Shown: positions 37,216 through 47,832, counted from the first letter of the stretch. The stretch: DNA of 64,000 nucleotides from Acidaminococcaceae bacterium (GCA_944390935.1 CALXRU010000008.1:3148-67147), one strand, 5' to 3'. The notes: generated by a model not told the origin, from the sequence alone. A program made the numbers and translations.

Positions 37216-38160
37216 TTAAACGGTCAGTTTCTGTTTTTTCTTTTCCGTTTGTTTAGGACGTTGTTCCAGCAGTTCGTAAATTCTTTCCAAATCCTCTGCC
37301 GAATAATATTCTATTTCAATCTTGCCCTGTTTTTCATTTTTCGGCACAATTTTAACCTTCGTACCCAAAAGCTCAATCAAACGGTTCTGGAAATCACGGC
37401 AGTAAACACTGATTTCTTTAGCTCTGCGTTTTTTTGCAGGCTTTTCTTTTTTATCATCATCAAACGGAATGTTCTCGCCGTTTTTAATCTTCTTTACAAG
37501 TTCTTCCACGGCGCGTGCCGATAAGCCCTGTTCGATAATGAACAGCGCCAGCTGCTCCTGTTCTTCCTGATTGTCCAGTGACAGTAGCGGTCTTACCTGA
37601 CCCATTGTTAATGTTTCACGTGAAACAGCGTCGCGTACATCCTGCGGTAAATTTAACAGGCGCAGAATGTTGGTAACAGCTGTACGGCTGCGGCCGATTT
37701 TCTGTGCGGCCTGCTCCTGATTAAAGCCAAATTCGCTCATCAGGCGTTTAATGCCTTCCGCTTCTTCAATTGGATTAAGGTCATGGCGCTGAATATTTTC
37801 CACCAGCGCTATCTCTGCCATTTTGGCGTTATCATAGTCACGCACAATAACCGGCACGGTTTTCAGCTTGGCATTTTTAGCCGCACGCCAGCGCCTTTCA
37901 CCGGCAACAATTTCATATTTGCGTCCATTTTTACGGACAATTAGTGGCTGAATAACGCCGTGTTCCTTAATGCTTTCGGTTAATTCTTCCAGCTTGTCCG
38001 CGTCAAAAGTCTTACGCGGCTGCTGCGGGTTCGGCATAATATCGCCGACAGCAATTTCTACTTCCTTTTCATGGGGCTGCACTTCTTCAACCGGCGCTAC
38101 TGTTTCGTTATCGGTAAAAATTGCGCCCAATCCTTTGCCCAATCCGCCTTTTTTATTCAT
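37216..38160 (-). CDS. parB: Chromosome partitioning protein ParB/Spo0J
   Basis: KGGLGKGL, NPQQPRK, AGERRWRA, ENIQRHDLNPIEEA; AAGGA-free coupled ATG at 38160 overlapping the parA stop. Confidence 0.93.
   Translation of the reverse strand: MNKKGGLGKGLGAIFTDNETVAPVEEVQPHEKEVEIAVGDIMPNPQQPRKTFDADKLEELTESIKEHGVIQPLIVRKNGRKYEIVAGERRWRAAKNAKLKTVPVIVRDYDNAKMAEIALVENIQRHDLNPIEEAEGIKRLMSEFGFNQEQAAQKIGRSRTAVTNILRLLNLPQDVRDAVSRETLTMGQVRPLLSLDNQEEQEQLALFIIEQGLSARAVEELVKKIKNGENIPFDDDKKEKPAKKRRAKEISVYCRDFQNRLIELLGTKVKIVPKNEKQGKIEIEYYSAEDLERIYELLEQRPKQTEKKKQKLTV
37612..37627. other. parS site (ParB-binding centromere) inside parB
   Basis: Perfect palindrome TGTTTCACGTGAAACA matching the bacterial parS consensus. 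Confidence 0.9.
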
Positions 38161-38914
38161 CGCCAAGAACCTCCTGCGCCAGTTCCGAATATACCTGCGC
38201 GCCTTTGGATTTAGGGTCGTACACAATTACCGGCTGTCCGTGGCTCGGTGCTTCGCTCAAGCGCACGTTGCGCGGGATAATGGTATTGTACATTTTGGTA
38301 TTAAAATATTTGCGTACTTCGCCGACAACGTCGCTGGATAAATTGGTGCGCTGGTCAAACATCGTCATCAAAACGCCTTCCAGTTTCAGCGCAGGGTTCA
38401 GGTTGCGCTGCACCAGTTTAATAGTGTTCATCAGCTGACTTACGCCTTCCAAAGCGTAAAATTCGCACTGAATAGGCACCAGCACGGAATTAGCGGCGGT
38501 CAGTGCATTGATGGTCAACAAGCCCAAAGAAGGCGGGCAATCAATCAGCACATAATCGTAATCATGTTTTACGCGTTCCAGTGCATTTTTTAAACGCCCT
38601 TCCCTGTTCATCAGGCTGACAAGTTCAATTTCCGCGCCTGCCAGCTGAATCGTTGCCGGGATGACGTCCAGATTTTCATAATCGCTGTGCAGCAATACAT
38701 CCTTCATTGGCACATCGTTGATTAAGGTATCGTAAACACATTTTTTTATATCGCGCTTATCAAAACCAAGGCCGCTGGTGGCATTGCCCTGCGGGTCTTC
38801 GTCCAGCATCAGCACCTTGCGCCCCTTCTGTGCAAGGCAGGCGGCAAGGTTTACCGCCGTCGTCGTTTTGCCAACGCCGCCTTTTTGGTTTGCAATTGCA
38901 ATTACCTTTACCAA
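38153..38914 (-). CDS. parA: Chromosome partitioning ATPase ParA/Soj
   Basis: NQKGGVGKTTT, DPQGNA, DCPPSLG, PRNVRLSEAPSHG; likely TTG start at 38914. Confidence 0.95.
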   Translation of the reverse strand: MVKVIAIANQKGGVGKTTTAVNLAACLAQKGRKVLMLDEDPQGNATSGLGFDKRDIKKCVYDTLINDVPMKDVLLHSDYENLDVIPATIQLAGAEIELVSLMNREGRLKNALERVKHDYDYVLIDCPPSLGLLTINALTAANSVLVPIQCEFYALEGVSQLMNTIKLVQRNLNPALKLEGVLMTMFDQRTNLSSDVVGEVRKYFNTKMYNTIIPRNVRLSEAPSHGQPVIVYDPKSKGAQVYSELAQEVLGDE

Positions 38915-39003
38915 ATTTCTCACCTCATAAAATCATTAAAACTTTCTTAATAATTTTATCACATTTTTCATTTTAAAAATATAGAAAAGCTAAAACTTTT
39001 TTA

Positions 39004-39019
39004 CGTTTCACGTGAAACA
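39004..39019. other. parS site upstream of parA
   Basis: CGTTTCACGTGAAACA, one mismatch to the consensus. Confidence 0.85.
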
Positions 39020-39104
39020 TTTTAAAATTTTACAGAATATTTTGGTTTAAGCCCATCACCAAAAGTTCTGTAAAATAAAAAAACGCGGCGCAAGGCCGCA
39101 TCTT

Positions 39105-39575
39105 TTATTTTAACTTACAAACATCAACCCAACCGGCAAAATGGTCGGCATATTTTTCTAAATCCGGTATCGTCAGCTTAATGGCGCTGTTGCTGCTGCC
39201 GCAGGCCGGGTACACATATTCAAAACGTTTCAGCGATTCATCCAGAAAAACCTGCACGCCCTCGTTAACGGCAAACGGGCAAACGCCGCCAACCGCATGG
39301 CCGATTAAGTTTTCAGCATCTTCAGCCGAAAGCATTTTAGCCTTCACGCCGAAGCGCATCTTATATTTATGGTTATCAATTTTCACATCGCCGGGCGCAA
39401 CAATTAAAACAACACCGTCATGCACCGCAAAGGATAATGTCTTAGCAATCAGGCTGCCGTCGCAGTTCAGCGCTTTTGCCGCCAGCTCCACCGTCGCGCT
39501 CGAAACATCGAACTCCAGAATCCGGTCTTCCATATTGCGGGCTCTGAAATAAGCCCTTACTTTTTCAATCGACAA
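39105..39575 (-). CDS. YbaK/EbsC aminoacyl-tRNA editing family protein
   Basis: SSATVELAA, IAKTL, GHAVGGVCPF, PACGS. Confidence 0.88.
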   Translation of the reverse strand: MSIEKVRAYFRARNMEDRILEFDVSSATVELAAKALNCDGSLIAKTLSFAVHDGVVLIVAPGDVKIDNHKYKMRFGVKAKMLSAEDAENLIGHAVGGVCPFAVNEGVQVFLDESLKRFEYVYPACGSSNSAIKLTIPDLEKYADHFAGWVDVCKLK

Positions 39576-39589
39576 GTTCTACCCCTCCA

Positions 39590-40609
39590 TTAAATGCGCA
39601 CCATATCGCGCGTAATATCACTGAGTTTTTCCGCGCCGCACATCTTCATCGTGTCTTCCAGTTCGCCGGCCAGTTTTTCAATGTAAACCTTTACACCTTC
39701 TTCCGCGCCGCCATACACAGCCGTTACAAACGGACGCGCAATTACAACGCCGTCAGCACCCAAAGCCAGCGCCTTAAAAATATCCACGCCGCTGCGGATA
39801 CCGCCGTCAACAAGCACCTTCATACCGCCGCCAACCGCATGGCAGATTTCTTCCAGCACTTCGGCAGTTGCGCTGCACTGGTCAAGCACACGCCCGCCGT
39901 GATTGGAAACGATAATTGCCGCAGCACCGGCAGCATGAGCCTTCAATGCGCCGCGCACCGTCATTACGCCTTTAACAATAAAGGGAATGCCTGCTTCCTT
40001 AACGATTTCCGTCAGTTCCTCTACGGATTTACTGCCCGCAGGAGGCTGCATATTTTTCAAAAACGGCAGGCCTGCGGCATCGACGTCCATTGCCACGGCA
40101 AAAGCGCCGCTCTTTTTCACAAGCTCCAGTTTTTCCTTAATCAGCGGCAGGTTCCACGGCTTAACTGTCGGTATGCCTACACCGCCCGCAGCTGCCACAG
40201 CATCGGTCGCGCCAACCATTACCTGCGGGTTCAGCCCATCGCCGGTAAAGGCGGCAATTCCGTTATCCGCACAGGCGGATACTAAAATTTTATTGTAAGT
40301 AAGTTCATCATAAGCAGCGCTGTAATGCAGTTCTACAGCGCCGACCGGGCCTGCGAAAAACGGATAGCTGAATTTACGCCCGAACAATTCGACAGACATA
40401 TCCACCGGTACGTTTTCATGCAGCGTATCCATCTGCACGCGGATTTCCTGCCATTTCTGATAGTTGCGGATGGCCGTATCGCCCACGCCCTTCGCCCCCG
40501 GGCCGGGAATTGTGTTGCGGCAGGCCAACCCGTTACAGACCGGGCAGGCTTTGCACTTGGAATTATCTATGCACTTTCTGGCATTTTGCAAAACTTCGTT
40601 GTAATTCAT
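39590..40609 (-). CDS. FMN-dependent alpha-hydroxy-acid oxidase/dehydrogenase family
   Basis: VKGVM, VSNHGGR, DGGIRSGVD, ARP; N-terminal CKACPVCNGLAC. Confidence 0.85.
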   Translation of the reverse strand: MNYNEVLQNARKCIDNSKCKACPVCNGLACRNTIPGPGAKGVGDTAIRNYQKWQEIRVQMDTLHENVPVDMSVELFGRKFSYPFFAGPVGAVELHYSAAYDELTYNKILVSACADNGIAAFTGDGLNPQVMVGATDAVAAAGGVGIPTVKPWNLPLIKEKLELVKKSGAFAVAMDVDAAGLPFLKNMQPPAGSKSVEELTEIVKEAGIPFIVKGVMTVRGALKAHAAGAAAIIVSNHGGRVLDQCSATAEVLEEICHAVGGGMKVLVDGGIRSGVDIFKALALGADGVVIARPFVTAVYGGAEEGVKVYIEKLAGELEDTMKMCGAEKLSDITRDMVRI

Positions 40610-40714
40610 AAGATGACCTCCATAAAACCAACTTCGCTTATTATTTTACTATATTTATAAACAAAAAGCATTAAGAAAATAAAAACTCCGGCATAAAAAT
40701 ACCGGAGTTGTAAT

Positions 40715-40993
40715 TTATTTCTTTTTAACTTCGCCTTTGTTCCATGCCTCAGCAGCTTTTCTGTAGGAAGTGAAGTCATCGGTCGTTGCTCCGCAGTTGG
40801 TGCAGACAACCTTATTGAGCGTATCGTGTTTGAATGTGCCCATCGTCACAAATTTAGCGGTTTTTTGTCCGCACAGCGGGCAGTTTTTTAATTCAATAGG
40901 TTTATAATCGCCGCCGCTGGCTTTTTTGAACATGTAATAAAACACACCGGCAGCCGCACCGGCCAATGCCGCATACAAAATCGTATCACTCAT
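40715..40993 (-). CDS. Small membrane-anchored Zn-ribbon protein, Lar (restriction alleviation) family-like
   Basis: N-terminal hydrophobic helix; ELKNCPLCG...VVCTNCGA...AAEAWN; AAGGGG RBS. Confidence 0.6.
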   Translation of the reverse strand: MSDTILYAALAGAAAGVFYYMFKKASGGDYKPIELKNCPLCGQKTAKFVTMGTFKHDTLNKVVCTNCGATTDDFTSYRKAAEAWNKGEVKKK

Positions 40994-41117
40994 ACAAATC
41001 ACCCCTTCAAATTATGAGCTTTTCCTTATTTTTATTGTAACATAACTTTGCCCCGCGGCAAAATAAATTTTGTAAAATTTACAAAAAAAAGAAAAACAGA
41101 AGCAAAATTTGCTCCTG

Positions 41118-41147
41118 TTTTCAACATAACCAACAGTTTTATCCACA
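41118..41147 (+). other. Small DnaA-box cluster at the 3' end of noc
   Basis: TTTTCAACA (41118-41126), TAACCAACA (41127-41135), perfect TTATCCACA (41139-41147). Confidence 0.55.
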
Positions 41148-42023
41148 TCAATTTTTTTGATTGCTGGCAATCTGCGGTTTTTTGGTATTTTTAATGCGCA
41201 GCGTTACCACAACGTCGTCGCCGTCCAGTTCCTGCTTAATCTGCGCGGGGATACCGGCGTCGTTAATGGTGCTAACGATTTTTTTAACGCTGTTTAAATA
41301 AATGCGCACATCGTTAACAATTACCAGGCGTTTTTTCTGCTTCGGCGCTGCCTCATCCAAAATTTTGGCAATATGTTCTTCGGTTTGCTTTACATTCCAG
41401 CCGTTTTTAATAATCTGTTTTAAAACCTGCTCCTGCAATTCGCCGTTTTTCAGTTTCAGCAAAGCCCTGCCGTGGCGTTCGGTCAGCTGCGCTTCTTTCA
41501 GCACGTTGCGGATTTCCAGCGGCAGGTTCAGCAGGCGCAGCTTGTTGGCAATGGTAGACTGCTTTTTGCCGACGCGCACTGCCATAGCCTCCTGCGTCAG
41601 GTTAAACTGCGTCATCAGTTTTTCGTAACCTTCGGCTTCTTCCAGAAAGTGCAGGTCCTCACGCTGCAAATTTTCAATCAGCGCAATCTCGGCAATCTGC
41701 TGTTCGGTATAGCTGCTAACGATAACCGGAACGTCCAATAAACCGGCCATCTTGCTGGCGCGTAAACGGCGTTCACCGGCAATCAATAAAAAGTTATCAT
41801 CGTTGCCGCGTGCAACCAACAGCGGCTGCAAAACGCCGTATTCGGCAATCGAAGCCGCCAGATCTTCCAGCGCCTCCGGTTCAAAATCCTTGCGGGGCTG
41901 GTACGGATTAGCCTGAATTTTTTCTACCGGCACGCGGATTACGTTAATTTCACCGCTGAAATGCTTGATAACAGAACCGCCTTCCTGTTCTGTCTGTAAA
42001 ATTTTGAAACCGTCCTCAACCAT
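41148..42023 (-). CDS. noc: Nucleoid occlusion protein (ParB paralogue)
   Basis: NPYQPR, AGERRLRA, KQSTIANKLRLL, TERHGRAL, DVRIYLNS; located between rsmG and parA. Confidence 0.85.
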   Translation of the reverse strand: MVEDGFKILQTEQEGGSVIKHFSGEINVIRVPVEKIQANPYQPRKDFEPEALEDLAASIAEYGVLQPLLVARGNDDNFLLIAGERRLRASKMAGLLDVPVIVSSYTEQQIAEIALIENLQREDLHFLEEAEGYEKLMTQFNLTQEAMAVRVGKKQSTIANKLRLLNLPLEIRNVLKEAQLTERHGRALLKLKNGELQEQVLKQIIKNGWNVKQTEEHIAKILDEAAPKQKKRLVIVNDVRIYLNSVKKIVSTINDAGIPAQIKQELDGDDVVVTLRIKNTKKPQIASNQKN

Positions 42024-42035
42024 GTCGTACCTCCA

Positions 42036-42752
42036 TCATTCCAAAGGATTTTTTTCCGGTAATCCCGCCTTGCGCGGATAAGCCTTAGGCGAAGCCTTTA
42101 CTTTTTTAATGGTAACAACCGCCCTGCCGTCGTCAAGCCCAGGCAGTTCAACCTGCTGTGCTCTGACAAGTTTGCCGCCCAGCACATTCAGCGCCTTACC
42201 GGCAGCAGCAATTTCTTCTTTATATTTTGCGCCTTTCAGCGCGACAAACATGCCGCCGACTTTTACCAGCGGCAGGCAATATTCGGAAAGCACCGATAAC
42301 CTTGCCACGGCACGCGCTGTAACGATATCGTATTTTTCGCGGTGCGCCGCATTTTTACCGGCGTCCTCCGCGCGCAGATGCACACATTCAATATCCGTTA
42401 AACCAAGCTCGTCAATGACGCGCTGCAAAAAATTCAAACGCTTGGCCAGCGAATCAATCAGCACTACCTTCAGCGCCGGGCAGTAAATCTTCAGCGGTAT
42501 GCCGGGGAAGCCTGCCCCTGTGCCGACATCCGCCAGAACTTTTCCCGGGAAATAATCGGCGTAAGCCATCAGCGAATCGACGATATGTTTTACCGCCACG
42601 TCCTGCGGCTCGGTTAGCGCCGTCAGGTTCATTACTTTGTTGGTTTCCACCAGCATTTCATAATATTTGTCAAACTGCTGCAGCTGCAAATCAGTCAGTT
42701 CAAAGCCTGCCTGTTTGGCGCTGTCAGCCAGTATTTTCTGAAACTCAGTCAT
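42036..42752 (-). CDS. rsmG: 16S rRNA m7G527 methyltransferase
   Basis: [34 protein letters not shown]. Confidence 0.95.
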   Translation of the reverse strand: MTEFQKILADSAKQAGFELTDLQLQQFDKYYEMLVETNKVMNLTALTEPQDVAVKHIVDSLMAYADYFPGKVLADVGTGAGFPGIPLKIYCPALKVVLIDSLAKRLNFLQRVIDELGLTDIECVHLRAEDAGKNAAHREKYDIVTARAVARLSVLSEYCLPLVKVGGMFVALKGAKYKEEIAAAGKALNVLGGKLVRAQQVELPGLDDGRAVVTIKKVKASPKAYPRKAGLPEKNPLE

Positions 42753-44628
42753 GGTCTTGCTCCTTGCGGCGCTTAACCTCCAGCACAATCATCAAAACAT
42801 TGATGTCGGCCGGTGAAACGCCTGAAATACGTGACGCCTGCCCGATGGAAACCGGACGGATTTTATCCAGCTTTTCCGCCGCCTCGGACGAAAGTTCCTT
42901 AATGGCGTGGTAGTCGATGTTCTGCGGAATCAACTTGTTTTCCAGTTTCAGCGCGCGCTCAACTTCCTGTTTCTGTTTATTGATATAGCCTTCGTACTTG
43001 GCAAAAATTTCTGTCTGCTCTGCCACAACCTCCGGCAGCTCCGGCAAATCAAATTCTGCTGCCATATTGCCATAAGTAACTTCTCCGCGGCGCAGTAAAT
43101 CAAGCAGCGTCATGCCCGGCCTTACCGGCGCAGTACCCATGTTTTGCAGCTTCTGCTCCGTTTCGGCATTGGGCGGCACATTGGTTGTACCCAATTGATG
43201 AATGGTACGCTCCAGCAAAGTGCGTTTTGCCGTAAATTTTTCATAGCGTTCATCATCGACAAGGCCAACCTGCCTGCCCTTTTCCGTCAGGCGCAAATCG
43301 GCGTTGTCCTGTCTCAAAAGCAAACGGTATTCCGCACGCGAGGTCATCATTCTGTAAGGCTCGTTGGTGCCCTTCGTTACCAAATCGTCAATCAGCACGC
43401 CAATGTAAGCATCATTCCTGCCTAGAATAAACGGCGGCTGACCGTTAATCTTGCGCATGGCGTTAATGCCTGCCATCAGTCCCTGTGCCGCTGCTTCTTC
43501 GTAACCGCTGGTACCGTTGGACTGACCAGCCGAAAACAAACCGCTGATGCCTTTGTGTTCCAGCGATGCTTTCAACTGCAACGGGTCAAGGCAATCATAA
43601 TCAATCGCGTAGCCGGCGCGCATCATACGGCAATGCTCAAGCCCCGGTATCGTCTGCATAAATTTCAGCTGCACATCCGCAGGCAGCGAGCTGGACATGC
43701 CCTGCACATACATTTCGTTGGTGCGCAGACCTTCCGGCTCAATAAAAAGCTGATGACGTTCCTTATTAGCGAATCGTACAATTTTTGACTCAATTGACGG
43801 ACAGTAACGCGGCCCGACGCCTTCAATCATACCGTTAAACATACCCGATAGATGCAGGTTGTCGCGGATAATCTGATGTGTTTTTTCATTGGTATAAGTA
43901 AGCCAGCACGGCACCTGGCTGCGCTCCGTCACTTCACTGATGAACGAAAAATTACGCAATGCGGCATCGCCGTTCTGAATTTCCATTTTGTCATAATCAA
44001 GGCTACGGGCATCAATACGTGCCGGTGTGCCGGTTTTAAAACGCATCAGCTCCAGCCCGTTTTCCAGCAGCGACAGCGATAATTTATTGGCGCTGCGCAA
44101 ACCGTTCGGGCCGGATTCATAATTAACCTGCCCATAAACAATGCGCGCACGCAGATAAGTACCTGTTGCCAGAATCACGCACTTGGCTTCAAACACTTCG
44201 CCGGTTTCTGCCTCTACCCCAACTACTTCCCAATTACTTACAAGCAGTTTGTCAATCATAAGTTGTTTAACATCAAGCCTGTCCTGATTTTCAACAGTCT
44301 GCTTCATAATGGTATGGTAAAAAGGCTTGTCTTCCTGCGCACGCAAAGCCTGCACGGCATAACCCTTGCCGGTATTTAAAAGGCGCATCTGTATGCAGGC
44401 CTTATCGGCAGCAAGGCCCATCTCGCCGCCCAAAGCGTCAATCTCGCGCACCAGATGTCCCTTGGCAGGTCCGCCTACCGAAGGGTTGCACGGCATTAAG
44501 GCAATATTATCCATGGAAAGCGTTGCCAGCAGCGTTTTTCCGCCCAGGCGTGCCGCCGCAAGCGCAGCTTCCACACCGGCGTGGCCCGCGCCGACAACGA
44601 TAACGTCATAACTGTCAGTAATATACAT
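42745..44628 (-). CDS. mnmG: tRNA U34 modification enzyme MnmG (GidA)
   Basis: [45 protein letters not shown]. Confidence 0.97.
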   Translation of the reverse strand: MYITDSYDVIVVGAGHAGVEAALAAARLGGKTLLATLSMDNIALMPCNPSVGGPAKGHLVREIDALGGEMGLAADKACIQMRLLNTGKGYAVQALRAQEDKPFYHTIMKQTVENQDRLDVKQLMIDKLLVSNWEVVGVEAETGEVFEAKCVILATGTYLRARIVYGQVNYESGPNGLRSANKLSLSLLENGLELMRFKTGTPARIDARSLDYDKMEIQNGDAALRNFSFISEVTERSQVPCWLTYTNEKTHQIIRDNLHLSGMFNGMIEGVGPRYCPSIESKIVRFANKERHQLFIEPEGLRTNEMYVQGMSSSLPADVQLKFMQTIPGLEHCRMMRAGYAIDYDCLDPLQLKASLEHKGISGLFSAGQSNGTSGYEEAAAQGLMAGINAMRKINGQPPFILGRNDAYIGVLIDDLVTKGTNEPYRMMTSRAEYRLLLRQDNADLRLTEKGRQVGLVDDERYEKFTAKRTLLERTIHQLGTTNVPPNAETEQKLQNMGTAPVRPGMTLLDLLRRGEVTYGNMAAEFDLPELPEVVAEQTEIFAKYEGYINKQKQEVERALKLENKLIPQNIDYHAIKELSSEAAEKLDKIRPVSIGQASRISGVSPADINVLMIVLEVKRRKEQDHD

Positions 44629-44645
44629 AACTTCACCCGTAAAAA

Positions 44646-46049
44646 TTATTTACCGATACAGAATTTAGAGAAAATTTCATTGATTATTTCGTCACGTACG
44701 GCGTCGCCGGTAATTTCACCAAGGTATTCCGCCGCGTTGCGCAAATCAATCATAATGCAGTCATAGGGCAAATGCGCTTCTGCCGCTGCCAAAGCATCGT
44801 TCATGCTGGCAAGCGCATTTTGCAGCAGGCGTTCATGGCGCGCGTTCTGCACATAAATGCCATCGCCCAAATGCCTGTCATCTCCGTAAACAAATTTTTG
44901 CAGCCATTCCGTAAAAGCTTCAAAGCCCTCGCCCGTTTTGGCGGAAAGCTCAATCACCGGCGCTGTTTTAAAGGCTTCCGGCAAATCCGCTTTTACATCG
45001 GCACTGCCCAAATCACTCTTATTTATTATTATAACATACCGGCGCCCTTTAACGAGTTCCAGTATCTCCCTGTCTTCATCAGCAAGCGGCTGCGAACCAT
45101 CCAGCACCACAATCGCCAGTTCCGCCTCGCTTAAAATGCGGCGGCTTTTTTCCACTCCGATGCGTTCCACATAATCTTCCGTATCCCTGATGCCTGCCGT
45201 ATCGGCCAGTACCAGCGGCACACCGCCCAGCAAAAACTGTTCTTCGATAACGTCACGCGTCGTACCGGCAAACTCGGAAACAATTGCCCTGTCCTCTTTC
45301 AGCAAAAAGTTTAAAAAGCTGGATTTACCGACATTCGGCTTGCCGATAATTGCCACCTTTAAACCTTCGCGCAAAATTTTGCCGGTATGCGCATTTTCCA
45401 GTAATTTTTTTACGCCGCCAACAGTTTTATTAACTTCCGTCAAAACATTACCGAAAGTAATTTCTTCAATATCGTCCTCCGGATAATCAATTACCGCTTC
45501 CAGATTGACAATTACGTCCAAAAGTTCACGGCGCAAACCGTGCACCTGTTTAGAAAGCTGCCCTTCCTGCTGGCGCATGGCAACCTTCAAAGCCGCATCG
45601 CTGCGGGATTTAATAATATCCATTACGGCTTCGGCCTGCACCAAGTCAATGCGCCCGTTCAAAAAAGCACGCTTGGTAAATTCACCCGGCTCAGCCGGAC
45701 GCGCACCGGCAACATAACTCAGCGTCAAAATTTTCTGCAAAGACCTTACGCCGCCGTGGCACTGAATTTCCACCACATCTTCCGCCGTATAGGAATGAGG
45801 CGCTTTCATATAAACAGCCATTACCTCATCAACAATGCTGCCGTCGGTATCAAGCACATGCCCATAAACCAAAGTGTTCGGCACATAAGCCGCCAGCTTT
45901 TTACCGGAAGCCGCCTTAAAAATCTGTTCGCCAACTGCCAGCGCCTTTTCGCCGCTTACGCGGATAATGCCGATAGCGCCTTCGCCCAGCGCCGTGCAGA
46001 CAGCACTGATGGTTTCTTCCTGTTCCTGTTTAATCAATTCTTCCTGCAT
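44646..46049 (-). CDS. mnmE: tRNA modification GTPase MnmE (TrmE)
   Basis: [23 protein letters not shown]-terminal FCIGK. Confidence 0.97.
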   Translation of the reverse strand: MQEELIKQEQEETISAVCTALGEGAIGIIRVSGEKALAVGEQIFKAASGKKLAAYVPNTLVYGHVLDTDGSIVDEVMAVYMKAPHSYTAEDVVEIQCHGGVRSLQKILTLSYVAGARPAEPGEFTKRAFLNGRIDLVQAEAVMDIIKSRSDAALKVAMRQQEGQLSKQVHGLRRELLDVIVNLEAVIDYPEDDIEEITFGNVLTEVNKTVGGVKKLLENAHTGKILREGLKVAIIGKPNVGKSSFLNFLLKEDRAIVSEFAGTTRDVIEEQFLLGGVPLVLADTAGIRDTEDYVERIGVEKSRRILSEAELAIVVLDGSQPLADEDREILELVKGRRYVIIINKSDLGSADVKADLPEAFKTAPVIELSAKTGEGFEAFTEWLQKFVYGDDRHLGDGIYVQNARHERLLQNALASMNDALAAAEAHLPYDCIMIDLRNAAEYLGEITGDAVRDEIINEIFSKFCIGK

Positions 46050-46106
46050 AATCTGTTCTCCAAAAGAAAAACCCAGTACAAACGACTGGGTCTAAAATTA
46101 AGAAAA

Positions 46107-46883
46107 TTATTTTTTTAATTCGATTACCACACGGCGGTACGGTTCTTCACCTTCGCTCAGCGTAGTAATGCGGCGGTCGTTTTGCAGTGCAACATGAATA
46201 ATTTTTCTTTCATGGGGATTCATCGGCTCAAGCACAACACGCTCACCGGTGCGTTTTACCTTATCAGCCAGGCGCTGTGCCAGTCGGTTTAAGGTTTCCA
46301 CGCGGCGTTCGCGGTAATCTTCAATATCAATTACGATTCTGATGCGCTCGGCGGAATTTTTATTGGCAACCAGATTGGTCAGATACTGCAAGGAATCAAG
46401 CGTCTGACCATGTTTGCCGATTAAAATGCCCATATCGGAACCGTGCAGCTTGAAGGTAACAACGCCTTCGTTTTTATTGATGAATTTTTCCATTACAACT
46501 TCAATGCGCATGGCATTAAAGATTTTCTGCAAAAATTCTTTGGCAGCGTCAACCGCAGCTTCTTCAATCACATATTCGCGTACTGCTGCCGGTTTAGCTT
46601 CTTCTTTTTTGGCGTTTTCGCGGGCAGCGGCTGCTTCCTGCTTGCCTGCCTTATAATCTTCCTTAATGCTGTCTACGGTTTCATCAACAATATCGCCGAT
46701 TTTTTTGGCAGCATCTTTTAAAGTAACCCTGATTTTTGCTTTTTTGGCAAACAAACCAAAAATACCGTTTTTAGCTTCTTCAATAACTTCAACGTTAACT
46801 TTATCGGCAGTAGTTTTTAATTCTGCCAGAGCATCGTTCAATGCTTCTTCAACGTTTTTACCGGTTTTTTCAATAAAATCCAT
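46107..46883 (-). CDS. jag: RNA-binding protein Jag/EloR (Jag_N, KH, R3H)
   Basis: TGKNVEEAL, LIGKHGQTLDSLQ, ERKIIH, SEGEEPYR. Confidence 0.93.
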   Translation of the reverse strand: MDFIEKTGKNVEEALNDALAELKTTADKVNVEVIEEAKNGIFGLFAKKAKIRVTLKDAAKKIGDIVDETVDSIKEDYKAGKQEAAAARENAKKEEAKPAAVREYVIEEAAVDAAKEFLQKIFNAMRIEVVMEKFINKNEGVVTFKLHGSDMGILIGKHGQTLDSLQYLTNLVANKNSAERIRIVIDIEDYRERRVETLNRLAQRLADKVKRTGERVVLEPMNPHERKIIHVALQNDRRITTLSEGEEPYRRVVIELKK

Positions 46884-46898
46884 TTTCAAAATCTCCCT

Positions 46899-47558
46899 TT
46901 ATTTCTGCCCGCGTTCCATAAAGAACTGCTGGCCAATCTGCATAATGTTCATTACAACCCAATACAGCACAAGGCCGGTCGGGAAGCTGATGCTGAGATA
47001 ACCGATAAACAGCGGCATACCGTACAGCATTACCTGGTTCTGCGTGGTAGAAGTATCCGGCATCGTCATTTTGGACTGAATAAAAGTAGTCAGCGCAGAC
47101 AGAACTGGCAGTACGGCATAAGCGTACATTTCCGGCCCGCCGGCAGTCATAAATTCGCTCAGGCTTCTGGAAATATCAAGGCCCATAAACAACGGCGAAC
47201 CCTGATACTGGAAATCGCGGATACCATAGAAAATACCAATCAAAATCGGCATTTGAATCAAAAGAGGCAGACAGCCTGCCAGCGGATTAACGCCTTCGGA
47301 TTTATAAAGCTGCGCCAGTGCTTCGTTAGCTTTCATCTTGTCGCCTTTATATTTTTCCTGAATTGCTTTCATTTTCGGCTGCAAGCGCTGCATGGCTTTC
47401 ATCGACTGAATTTGTTTTTTTGTCAGCGGATAAGTAGCCATTTTAACGATAACAGTTAAAAGAATAATGGCAAAGCCGTAGTTGGCAAAGCCGAAGGACG
47501 CACTGATATTATAAAGAATAGTAATTGCTTCCTGTACGATACTGCTCAAAAAATCCAA
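46899..47558 (-). CDS. yidC: Membrane protein insertase YidC (short form)
   Basis: YGFAIILLT, NPLAGCLPLLIQMPI, GLVLYW; start codon uncertain (TTG at 47558 or 47567). Confidence 0.9.
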   Translation of the reverse strand: MDFLSSIVQEAITILYNISASFGFANYGFAIILLTVIVKMATYPLTKKQIQSMKAMQRLQPKMKAIQEKYKGDKMKANEALAQLYKSEGVNPLAGCLPLLIQMPILIGIFYGIRDFQYQGSPLFMGLDISRSLSEFMTAGGPEMYAYAVLPVLSALTTFIQSKMTMPDTSTTQNQVMLYGMPLFIGYLSISFPTGLVLYWVVMNIMQIGQQFFMERGQK

Positions 47559-47612
47559 ATTTTTCAACTCCCTGGTCAAGTATATGTATTTTAAAATACA
47601 TAAATTTCAAGT

Positions 47613-47822
47613 TTAATCAACTGGGTCATATCCTCCGGGATGGAACGGATGGCATTTTAAAATGCGCTTTAACGCCATCCAGCTGCCCTTAACGGCGCCT
47701 TTTTTCTGCACCGCTTCCAGTGCATACTGGGAACAGGTCGGATAAAAACGGCACCGCGGAGGAAACATCGGCGAAATACATATCTGATAAAAACGGATTA
47801 ATAAAATAATAACCGTTTTCAT
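47613..47822 (-). CDS. yidD: Membrane protein insertion efficiency factor
   Basis: [29 protein letters not shown]. Confidence 0.95.
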   Translation of the reverse strand: MKTVIILLIRFYQICISPMFPPRCRFYPTCSQYALEAVQKKGAVKGSWMALKRILKCHPFHPGGYDPVD

Positions 47823-47832
47823 ATTCTCACCT

